Source of the DNA: Eubacteriales bacterium
GTDB taxonomy: Bacteria > Bacillota > Clostridia > Oscillospirales > CAG-272
Length of the DNA: 41,589 nucleotides
NCBI GenBank assembly: GCA_045633025.1
Contig: JAZQXS010000058.1
Coordinates: 1-41,589 of the forward strand
Direction of reading: 5' to 3'
The notes beneath the pieces were generated by a model. That model was not told the origin of the DNA, did no database searches, and was given only the letters and a program-made list of their open reading frames with translations. This document shows, piece after piece, positions 1 through 10,300 of this stretch. Position numbers and translations under genes: made by a program. How positions within the stretch are numbered: position 1 is the stretch's first letter; every line of letters starts with the position of its first letter.

Positions 1-1261
1 TGCTCACTTTAGAGTCCGTGATGCTATCGATGAGACTCTTATTGTTTTTGATGTACGCCACGATCTCGGACAGCTCATTGAGCGTGCTGTCATCCACGGC
101 CAGCAGAGCATTCACCTCTTCTCGGTGCGCCTCGATCAGCAAGCGAATATCGTTATGCGCCCCGTTGCTGACGTTGTGATCGGACAGCAGCCCCGCCGCC
201 TTTCCGGCAGGATCAGCTCCTACCTCTGATGCCGTATAGGAGGGCTTCGTCGCCGCCTTTGCCCAGTTGTACACGCTCGGGTCTCTTTCCTCGGGCGGTT
301 CGTCCTCCAACGCCCACGCGGGGATCAAACGCCTGATGGTATCCTCCACAGCCTCCTGATCGACACCGCCGGTATTTGTACCGCCACCGACGCCAACAAT
401 CGCGCACGAAGCCTTAAACTCCTTCCCTGTCTCGTTGTCGAGCGTAAAGCACACCGCGGCAAACCGCATGTCCTTGGTTGGCTTGCTCTCGACCACCATT
501 GTTGCGTAAATCGATCCGCCCGCAGCAATCGTGTTAGCTACCTTCAGCCCTACAGCCATAGCCTCGCTGACAGTGTCCGCATCCATTGGTACCAGGAGCG
601 CGGCAAACGCCTTGGTGTCCTCGTTGTCGTCGTAACCTCCGATGGTTCCGATGTAGGACAGAGTCGTCGCGCTGTCAGCGCTCCAAACGTCGGCATCGAT
701 CTCCAGTCGATTTATCTGAAGGTGGTCGTACTTAGCCAGCACGGGAGCCAGCTGCTCTTTGATCAGATCTACGCCGTCCTCCAGCTCCCCGATCTGCTCC
801 GTGTGGGCAGACAGCTCGCTGTTCACCTTATTGATCTCCCTCACAAACTCCTGCAAGGCCGTCAGCCGATCCGAGACCATCGGATCCTTGAGCCGCCTTA
901 CGCTCGGTGTTACGTGCATCCAGATCTTAGGCGACGCCACCAGCTCTCCGCCCTCGTCAAAGACGTCGAACGCCACAGCAAACACGCCCTCCTCGGAGGA
1001 CACGGCATTTGCGGCCACAAAGTCAAATACGATCCGCCCGCCGTCTACGACACAGCTCTCGTACAGTTCGTCGCCGCTCGGGAGCACCCCCGCCAGCACC
1101 GCCGTCCACGTGGGCGGCAGAGCAAAGGGGCTCCCCCTGTCGATCAGCGTCACCTCCAACCGCCTGTTGGTGTCGCCCACGGTCACGCTGACACTCTTCT
1201 GGACGTCGGGCAGCCCCATGTCCAGCGTCAGCCGCGTGACCGCTTGTTTTGCATAGCTCAT
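1..1261 (-). CDS. Tail fibre / baseplate protein with BppU-like N-terminal domain; C-terminus cut by window edge
   Basis: Minus frame is open from nt 2 to ATG 1259-1261. It is absent from the supplied track because it runs off the window. AAAGGA RBS lies 6 nt upstream. Own translation MSYAKQAVTRLTLDMGLPDVQKSVSVTVGDTNRRLEVTLIDRG... is Ig-like and BppU_N-like. It is followed by a shaft-like ...NELSEIVAYIKNNKSLIDSITDSKVS. Confidence 0.6.
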   Translation of the reverse strand, partial: MSYAKQAVTRLTLDMGLPDVQKSVSVTVGDTNRRLEVTLIDRGSPFALPPTWTAVLAGVLPSGDELYESCVVDGGRIVFDFVAANAVSSEEGVFAVAFDVFDEGGELVASPKIWMHVTPSVRRLKDPMVSDRLTALQEFVREINKVNSELSAHTEQIGELEDGVDLIKEQLAPVLAKYDHLQINRLEIDADVWSADSATTLSYIGTIGGYDDNEDTKAFAALLVPMDADTVSEAMAVGLKVANTIAAGGSIYATMVVESKPTKDMRFAAVCFTLDNETGKEFKASCAIVGVGGGTNTGGVDQEAVEDTIRRLIPAWALEDEPPEERDPSVYNWAKAATKPSYTASEVGADPAGKAAGLLSDHNVSNGAHNDIRLLIEAHREEVNALLAVDDSTLNELSEIVAYIKNNKSLIDSITDSKVS

Positions 1262-1304
1262 ATGTTTTCCTTTCCGGGGAGGCCGCAGCCTCCCCTAAAA
1301 AATA

Positions 1305-4300
1305 TTACGACTCTTGGATCCACCTCTGCGCCATCGTGGCCACGTCGTTGTACCCTCCGTACAGCTCCGTTCCCTCCAGCAGCTCCAGGATCCGCTTCAT
1401 TTCGGCGGTGTTATTCTCGTCCCACGCCGCCAGGTACTGCTTTTTCCAGTAGGATGTGATTCCGGATTTCACGGCAGCCTTGGCCTGTGCCTCGGTCTTG
1501 CCTTGCTCCTGCTTGGTGGCCAACAGACAATAGTAGATGTCCTCGAAGTCTTCTCGGTCGCCTCGGGTCAGGGCGTCGTTGAGATCCGATGCGTTGTACA
1601 GAGACTCGGGGTTGTCCTCGTCCTCGTCGGCGGCATCCGCCACAGGTGCCGTCACCTGCTCCGCACTGTCCTTGATGTCCAGCACCTCGTTGTTGATGGC
1701 ACGAATAATCAGGTTTCGATCGAAGCGCCCCTCGCTCTCGATCTGATCGATGATGGATTCGTAGGCCTCCAGCTCGCCCGAGATTTTCGCCTCAGCGGCC
1801 TCGGCGATCCGCTTGTCATTCTCCCGCAACGCGGTTCTCAGAGCCATCTCGGCGGCCTGCTCGCTCTTGTAGCGGGACTTGACACGGTTGTAGTGCGCCT
1901 CGTCTCCGCTCTTGGCGGCCTTGTACAGCTGGTTGGCATTTGTGGTGTCCGCGCCGAACAGATTGGTAATGAGTGAGAATTCGTCGGCCATCGCCGCGGA
2001 GATTCCCTTTCCGGTCGTCCGCTCGCCGCTCATGGCACCCTGTACCAGATTGACCGGCATCATGGCATCGCGTACCAGATTGCGGATGGGCACCCCGAAG
2101 AACGCGCCCACAGCCCCCGCCACCTCAGTGGTTTTCTCCACAGGGGTTCTGGTGGAGCTTGTGATTCGTTCAAATGACTTGAATAGATCCGCAAACAGAG
2201 CCATGTCCGTGCGCTCGATGTCGTAGCCCTTCATCAGGGACATGACGTCTCGGGTGTACGGCAAGTATTCCAATGGGTTGAAGCCCTCCGCCGTCTCGGT
2301 AGCCAGCGTGGCCAGATACTTCTCGGTGTAGGTCTTCTCCTCGTCGTCGTCGCGGGCAGCGTAGATGAGAGACACGGCCAGCGCGTTAAAGATCACCGAT
2401 GCCGCGATAGCTCCTGCTGTCCTCTTCAGAAATGCCTTATCCCCGCGGTTCGCGCGGATGAGGCCGTCCAGCATCATGGAGACAACGGTTGTGGGCTCAG
2501 CCATGAAGGCCGTCGCCATTTTCATGCCCGTGTCCTTGGATCTCATGTACTCGGATCTCGTGAGGGTAGAGTCGTATACCTGAGTACGTCTCACCGCCTC
2601 GGTGAACCGCTTCCCTGCCGCCTCCAGCACCTCTTCGGAATCCATGGGTTTCCCCAGCTTCTCGGCCTGCTCACGCTTGCACGCGTCGAACATCTGGATC
2701 CACGCCAGCTCATCCGCGTAGGCCGCTCCCTTGCCGAAGATCTCGGCGCGGTAGTTGGAGTCGCCTCCATATACGTCGGGCAGGAAGAACGCCTTGGCTC
2801 TCTCTCCCCACGTCTTGTAGTCCTTGGAGTTGAGGTAATCGGCGGTACGTGTTCCCACGCCCGTGTCGTATCCGCCCATCTCCTTGATGGCGGCAACCTT
2901 GGCGTACTTCTTGACTTGCTCCCAGGCCTCCTTGTGTCCCTTGATATCTAAGGCCGCAAGGCTTCGGAAGTGCTTGGGATCGATGTATGCCATCGCCCTA
3001 AAAACGGACGTAGGCTGCTGGACCAGCACCGACAGGGATGCCATGGTGCTTGCCCGCTTAAAGGCTGTAATGCCCTTGTCGATCAGGTTGGCAGCCGCCT
3101 CGCGACGGGCACCGCCGTTGAGATCGCGGATCAGCTGCTCGATGTAGGCGTTGGCCTGTGCGCCGTACTTGGATTCAATGACGGCTTTGAGGGTGGAGTA
3201 CTCCTTCCGCTCCTTGTCCTCGGCCCAGTTTCCGTCCTCGTCGATGATGGCGTTGGATGGCTGGTAGTTGAGCACACGGGTCAGATCCTCCACAGGGAGC
3301 ACGAATGCGTGATAGGTGGCCATGTCGTTGACGTGGCCGGATACAATGGTCATAAAGTCCTGGAGCACCAGCGGATTCTGTGCGTCCGGCACAGTCTCCT
3401 TGGACATGCCTCGGTTCTTGATCTTGGGATCGCCCGTCTTGCCTGTCTGAGATTCCAGATACTCGGACTTGACCTTGATTGGGAAGTAGTGCTCCTCCTT
3501 GAACAGATCCAGCCCGTAGAGCTTCCGGGAGATCTCATTGCCTTTCTCGCCCAGGCTCGTCAGATAGTCCTGGATCTCGGTGGCATACTTCTTCTGCTCC
3601 TCGGTCAGCATACCGGCCAGCTTGCCCATATCCTCCTCGGTCATGGTGTACCGCTCGGTGAGGTTCAGCACCCGCTCGGTGCGGATCTTGCTCTTCTCGG
3701 TGATCTCGGTAGCCCCGGCATCCAGCACGAAGCCTCCGCCCCGCAGGTGTCCCATGGCCTGCTTACGCTTGGCGTACGCGTACAGCGACATCATTTCACC
3801 GACGGTCAGCCTCACGGTCTTACCCTCGCCGTTGGTAAACTCTCGGCGGGTCTTGAGATCCCACGTATCGTAGCCGTACTGTTCCTTCGCCTTGACGATG
3901 ACCTCCCGCGCCTCCAGAACGTCGGTGATCCATACCTCCTCACCGTCCAATACCGATTGGAACAGCTCCATCAGCTTGGGTGATCCGATGGCCTCAAAGG
4001 CCGTCAGGGGCTTCATGTTTTTCCAGAGGAACTCGCGGACGTCTCGGGCGTTTTTGATCTCCATGGACTTGGGAGACAGCCACTTGAGGGGCTTGCTCTC
4101 GGCGGCCTCGCGGCTGGCGGCGTTGCCCCAGTCGGAGACCTGCTCGCCACGCTTCTGCAGGAACAGGTCGTTTGCGCTGTTGATCTGATGGCTCAACGCC
4201 TTGACAAACGTCTCCACAGCTCGGAGGGATTCCAGACCCATCTCCTTCAGCGGCTTGTCTTCTATCGTGTCCACCAGCTTGGACAGCTCCGCCATCGGCC

Positions 4301-7300
4301 CTTCCGGAATCTGCATGTCCTTGGGCAACGTCTCGTTGTACAGCTTGTAAGCGGTATACAAGGCCTCGGCCTGCTTCTTCAAGGGCATGGTCTTGGCTTC
4401 CAAGATCTCGTACTTGGATTTCATGGCATCCAGACGCTCCTGCTCCCGCTCGGTTCTGTCCACCTTTCTCTCCAGCTTTTCGATGCCTGCGGCCAGATCG
4501 CCCATCTCACGGATGTTCTTGCGGTTTTCGTCCCACGCCTTGGGATCTGCGGTCTGCATGATCTTGATAGCCAGGTCGTGCAGCTCCTTGGGCACGTGGT
4601 TGGTCTTGGTTGGATTGTAGAGCTTGGTCTGCAGACTACCCAGCACCCGCATGATCGTCCGCTTTCGGGAGGTCATCTCCTTGCGCATCCGACCTTCCTC
4701 GGCCTTGCGGTTCATTTTCTCCCTGAAGTATCGGTTCTTCTCGTCTGCTTTCTCGTAAGCTCGGCGGTACACAGCGTTCTTGTACTCGGTTGCGTCACGC
4801 CTTGCCTTGTAGACTCTCTCCATGGAGGTTTTGTGGATGGCCGTTTTGTAATCTTGCGCGTCCTGTCTGGCCTTCTTGACCCTCTCGTCTGCTTTCTCGC
4901 GGATTTTGGCTTCTCGTTTGCGGCTCCTTTCTCTCTCGGCTGTAATATGGGCTTTTTCTCTCTCCCTCGTTCTTTCTGCCGATCTTTCCATAGCTGCAGC
5001 CTTTTTCTCCGCCTCACGAAGCAAGCTTCCAAACGGCTTGGTCGATGTCAAAGATAAAAGCTTGTGTTTTTCGTCGCTGATCCTTTCTTTGATTTTGTCC
5101 ATTTCCGCAAGCCAAACGGTCTTTTGCGCCATCGCCCCGTCCAGCTCCTTTGTGATCCATTCGGGTCGGTTTTCTTTATCGTACCCCTTCGCCTTGCTTT
5201 GAAGTTCTTCAATGTTCCGGTTTAAAGCAGCCGTTCTCTTTCTGAGCTCTACAAGGTTGATTTCCAGTTTTGCCAATTCTTCGGCTTTTGCCTTATAGTT
5301 TTTTGCAACCTCGTATTCGTGCTGGCTTTGCGCCGCTTCCATCAAGGCATCCGCCAACATGATGTGATCTTCGATCAGCCGACGTCTCATGTCATCGTTC
5401 CCACCGGCAAACAATGATGCTTCCGCAGTTCTTTTCTCCGCTTCGGGCGCGACTTCATCCAAGCCCTCTACAATGTCAGACAGCCCGGATCTGCGCAACG
5501 CCTCATCAAAAGCGGATACGTCTGCGTTTTCTGGGCTCTCGTCGATGGAGTACATCCTCCCCTCGTCATCACCAACGACCTCCGCTTCCACTCTCTCCAG
5601 TGCTCGCTTGAAGGCAGGGCTCTCTGCTTCGGTCTTTGCCTTTTCCCCGGCGACGTACTTCTCGGTCAGCTCATGGAGCAGATCCGCGTCGAATTCGGGA
5701 ATGACAGGCTCCTGTGGCAGGTAGGTGCCGTCCTTGTCGAACATCTTGAAGTCAAGGAGCAGCTTGTAGTAGCCCTTGGTGTAGACGTACTTGCCATCAG
5801 CGTTGGTGTTGAGGAAGTCGGAGAATCGCGGGCGCAGGCCTCGCTCCTCGCAGACCTTGAGGAACCGCTCCACGAACTGTCTCTCGTTGCGGATGGGGTT
5901 CCCCTCTCGCTCGGCGGCGGCGATCACGTCGGTGTAGACGTTCACGGGCTTGGCCTTGCTTCCGGATTCCAACGGCTTTTCCACCTGCTCGTTCTTGTAG
6001 TTTTTCCACTTGCCGATCTTCTTGATCTGGCGCACCACCTCGGTCTGGCCGGTGTGGAAGGGGATGATGTAGTCGATGAAGTCATCCTCCATGGCGGTGC
6101 GGATATGGTCATCGTTGATTCCTACGAGGATGGTACCGATGTTGGGGTTTCCTCTTGCTACCTTCTTGAAGTCGGGATTGTTGAAGTCGATACCCTCCAC
6201 GGGATCGTAGACCAGAACACGCTCGCCGTTCTTCATCTCGTATCCGAGATCGCCCTTGGGGATCAGGCTGAGGTTACCCTTGGCCTTGGTGTCCTTCATG
6301 AGGAGAGCGAAGCTCGGCACCTTGGTGTAAAACTGGATCTTGATGCCCATGGCCGCGCAGTCCTGCACGGCTTGGATGATGTCGATCAGGTGGAACTCCT
6401 CAAAGTCCGAGAAGGAGAAGACACGGAGGCCGCCGAGATCGTTGATGCGCTTGACTTGATCCTTTCTGTATCTGAGGATCTGCCGTTGGTACTCGGCCTC
6501 GTTGGTAAGCAGTCGTGCCGACGACATGCCTCGTGCATTATTGAAAGCTTTCCACGCTTGGAGAATGTCCTTGTGCTCGGTTTGGAGCTTGTTCATGCCC
6601 TCCACCGTGGTCAGATCCGCGATGGTCGGCACGTAGTCTCCACCCTCCAGCATGGCCATGGCCTTGGCCTGTCCCTTGTTGTAGGCACTTTCCACGTTGT
6701 TCTTGGTATCGTAGTAGGTGTCTCGGTTGCCATTTCTCCATGCTTCTACGGCCCTCTGGAAGGTCTCTGCGATGTAGCCTTCGTTCTGACGGCGATCCTC
6801 CACGTAGCACAGACCGCAGGCCACCTCCAGGCCCTCGTCCACCATGATCTTACGAATGGTGGCGAATTCCTCGGCAGTGAATCGGCGGTTGGGGAACGCC
6901 TGCTGGATTCTCTGCATCATGCGGGTGTACTCTCTGCGCTTGCGGCAGATGTTGGAAAAGTCCAGCGTGCCCTGCTTGTAGTCACTGTTCTTGACGATGG
7001 CAGTGAGACGGCGGTCAGCCTTGCGGTGCGCGTAATCTACCATGTCGTCGCGGAGGATCAGGGTGGCGAGAGAGATCTCGTCCTCGACCCACTTACGGGC
7101 GCGGGACTCGTCTACGCCCAGCTTCTGCACCAAGCGGTTGACGGCATCGTCGATCTCCTGTTCGGTTTTGGGGATGTCGTCCACCGACAGCATGGCTGTG
7201 CCGCTTGTGGGGTCGATCATGACGCCGTCTTTTTTGTCAAAAGAATTTTCGGTGTAGGTATTGACAAAACCATCTGGTTGTGTTATACTATCATCGTAAG

Positions 7301-10300
7301 ACATTCGGTCAGTTCGCAGGAGGCCTTTCACGGCTGTATTGCTGAGACCGGGTGTCTTATTCTCTTTGAATTCTATAAGGTATTGATACTGCTCTTTTCC
7401 TTTGTCCCGGATGTTGAATGTGACTGTGTAAGGAACGCCATCAAAAACGATTTCGTTTCTGAACTTGTACCAGTATTTTACGTTTTCATGTGCTTTGTTT
7501 TTAGGCTTGATGGCAGGGTTTGCGTAGCTGTCTTCTGTATTGGTTGCAGTGGGATCGTATGTTGAAGTAGCAAGAATATCAGCTAAATCATACAGAGAGC
7601 TTATTTTTGCTTTATACTCCTCGCCCTCTACTCTTTGATCGCCGTAAATATTTTTTTGTGCCGTGAAACGATCACCCAAAATGCGAATTTTCTTGACATC
7701 GGTCTTAAGCTCTACCGCTCCAAGGTTGAAAATTGTCGCAATTCTTTCTTTGAACACCTTGATACGCTCGTCCATGTCCACGCTTTTATCAAATCCGGAC
7801 ACATAGCAGGGTCTACCGTCTTTGGTCTCGCCAATATAAGAGAATACTTTTCTTTCTTCTCCTTGCGCAGCCTCTCCAACCTCCGCCGTTCTCGTTCTCT
7901 CCCCCGCCTCTCTCACGCCCTCCGTGAACAACCGCTCGATCTCCTCCAGAGACTCCACCGTCTCCTTCAGCACCTGCGCCGTCTTGGAGGCTTGGTTCAG
8001 GCTCTCCCAGCTTCGGCGGATCTGCCCGATGATATCGAAGATCCAGTCGCGGATCTTCTCCCACAAGGTCTTGTCGGTCTTGGCCAGCTCCTCCAGCACC
8101 TTGCCGTCGGTCAGAACCAGCTCCATGCCCTCGGCCACCAGCTCCTCGCGGGCAAGGGCGTTGGCCTCGGCTACGGTCATGGTGTCCGTGACAATGCCCA
8201 GCCGCTTGAGGGATGCCAGTTTGTCTGCGATGGCTTCTTCGGCATCCACGCCCATCTGCTCCAGCACGAAATCGGCCAGAGCCTCAAATTTTGCAGGCGA
8301 CCACTCCTTGATGTAGTGGGCCACCTCGTGCCCGAGTGTGTAGAGTGATATGTTCTTTCCGTCGCGCATGGCGTTGATGTTGACGTGCAGGCGGTTGGTC
8401 TTGGTGTCGTAGTAGCCGTTGACCGTCCGTCCCTTCTTGTCCGTGATAGCCTGCTCGATCACGATCTCCGTTCCCAGCACCTCGGCCAGCACCTCGGCGG
8501 CCTTATAGGCGGCGTACTGTTCATCCGACAATGTCTTGATTTCCAGCCCCTTGCCCCGTACCACGGTTCCCTTCTTGCCTGCCATCTCGGCGGGCTTTTT
8601 CTTTGCCTTGGCTTTCTCCTCGGCAGCCTTGCGCTCGGCCTCCTCGGTCTCCCGACCGAACTTCATGGCAGCTTCCCGGGCTTCGGGTCTCATGCGGGAC
8701 AGAGGCGACTCCTCACCCACGTCGAATCCGTATCGTCCGTAGATGTGGACACCGTCCGACCACGCCGCCGCGAACTCTTCGGGGGTCATGTCCGTTCCTT
8801 TGCGGAACTCGTCCAGCATGGCCTGTACCGATCCGCGGGGGACACTCTCTTTCACAGCAGCCTTCAAGAGGGCTTGTTCTGCCTCCCCTGTGGCTCCAAG
8901 AGCCGCTATATCCGTATCAGCAGGCATCCCTGCCCATACGTCCTCCTGCGCCTCCACGGGGCTCTGCTGGGCTTCTGCGGTCTCTCCCGCCATCTCCCGC
9001 ATCATGCTCTCCAGAACAGCTCGACCCACCGTGGAGGTCAGAATATCGTCCACGTTGTTCTCCAGATCGGCCACCGTGTAGTCGCTTCTCTTCGCTCCTC
9101 TCTTGGCGGCCTCAGCATTGATCACGTCCACGATCTGCTGCTTTTGCTCAGGCTCTGCGTCCATCAGGATGGCCTCGTAGGTCTCCATCTGATAGGCCAC
9201 CTGCGCCAAGTACATGTTGCCTCTCAGCTCACCGAGGAGAGCGTCCGCCGCGCTGCTGGTAGCCCGCGTAGGATCTGCCATGATCTGACGGTAGGCAGCC
9301 ACGTTCCGACGGAGCTTGTCCGCCATCTCCCCCGCCGCCGATGCCGCCCGGCCTCTCTTAATGCCGCCAACCACACCCGTGGCCGCGCCCTTTATCTTGT
9401 CAGCGGTGCTTGCGGCCTTGTCGGCCTTCTCGGCAGCCTTGGTCTCCTTCACCTTGGTCTGTGCCCGCTCCGATCCCTTGATCAGCATCTCGGCGGTATG
9501 CAACACCTGCTCAACCTCGCCGCCCTCGCGAATCGCCTTGCCTGTCTTGCGCGCCGACTCAAAATTGATCGCCGCAGGCCCGGCCGTCATCAAGCCGCCC
9601 GAGAGGGCACCGACAACGCCTGCGTACAGAACGTTCCCGAGATTGAATTGCGCGTTCTCGTCGACGTTGAAAAGTCTCAGCAAAGCAGGATCCACCGCTT
9701 CGGAGATCGCCTCCTCTGCAAACTCTCCCGCCGCGCCCTTTGCCGTATCGACCAAGACAGAGGCGATCATAGACTTACCGCCGACCTTAGCCGCGCTCTT
9801 GGCTACGTTGACTCCCGTTCTTTTCAAGGCAGCCGAGCCAAGGCTCTTGACCGCGTTTACGCCCGCGCCCAGCTTGCTCTCCAGAATTCCTTCAACAGCT
9901 CCTACCGTCGCACCGTAGCCGAGCTCTTTGAGCCCCACGTCACCTGTCCGACCGGCGGCAGAGGATACGCCCTGCGACCCAATGGAAGCAAACATCAGCG
10001 GCTTTCCAACGATCGGAATCGCGGACAGCAAACCATAGCTGACGCTCTGACCCGCGCCGCTCACCACGTCACCCGCAAGCTGCATTCCCTTTCCGGGATT
10101 GTACCACTCGGTAAGGCTCTGCTGGGCGTCGGCTGTGCGGTTATCAAGGAATCGGTATTTGGCCATCTCTGTGTCACCGCGCAGGATGTCTCGGCTGGCA
10201 GCGGCAATATCCAGAACGCCCTCACCGACTCCGGCAAGACCAAGACCAAGTGATCCTGCCACGTACCCCGCACCTTCTGCAAGGCCGCCTCGGTTTCTTT

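Noticed and set aside
2936-2951. Second CCCTTGATAT motif as another Rep nick site
   Set aside because: It lies inside the giant coding sequence (codons LDIKGH) with no flanking structure. The 7-mer CTTGATA is expected a few times by chance in about 83 kb of two-strand sequence.
1314-10253. Many long plus-strand ORFs (for example 2970-3983, 4188-5057, 5673-7565, 8385-10253) antisense to the giant gene
   Set aside because: They lack RBSs and have Arg/Gly/His/Leu/Val-rich translations typical of the antisense frame of GC-rich coding DNA. They lie wholly inside a far longer, coherent minus-strand ORF. The same applies to plus-strand ORFs over 10.4-30 kb.
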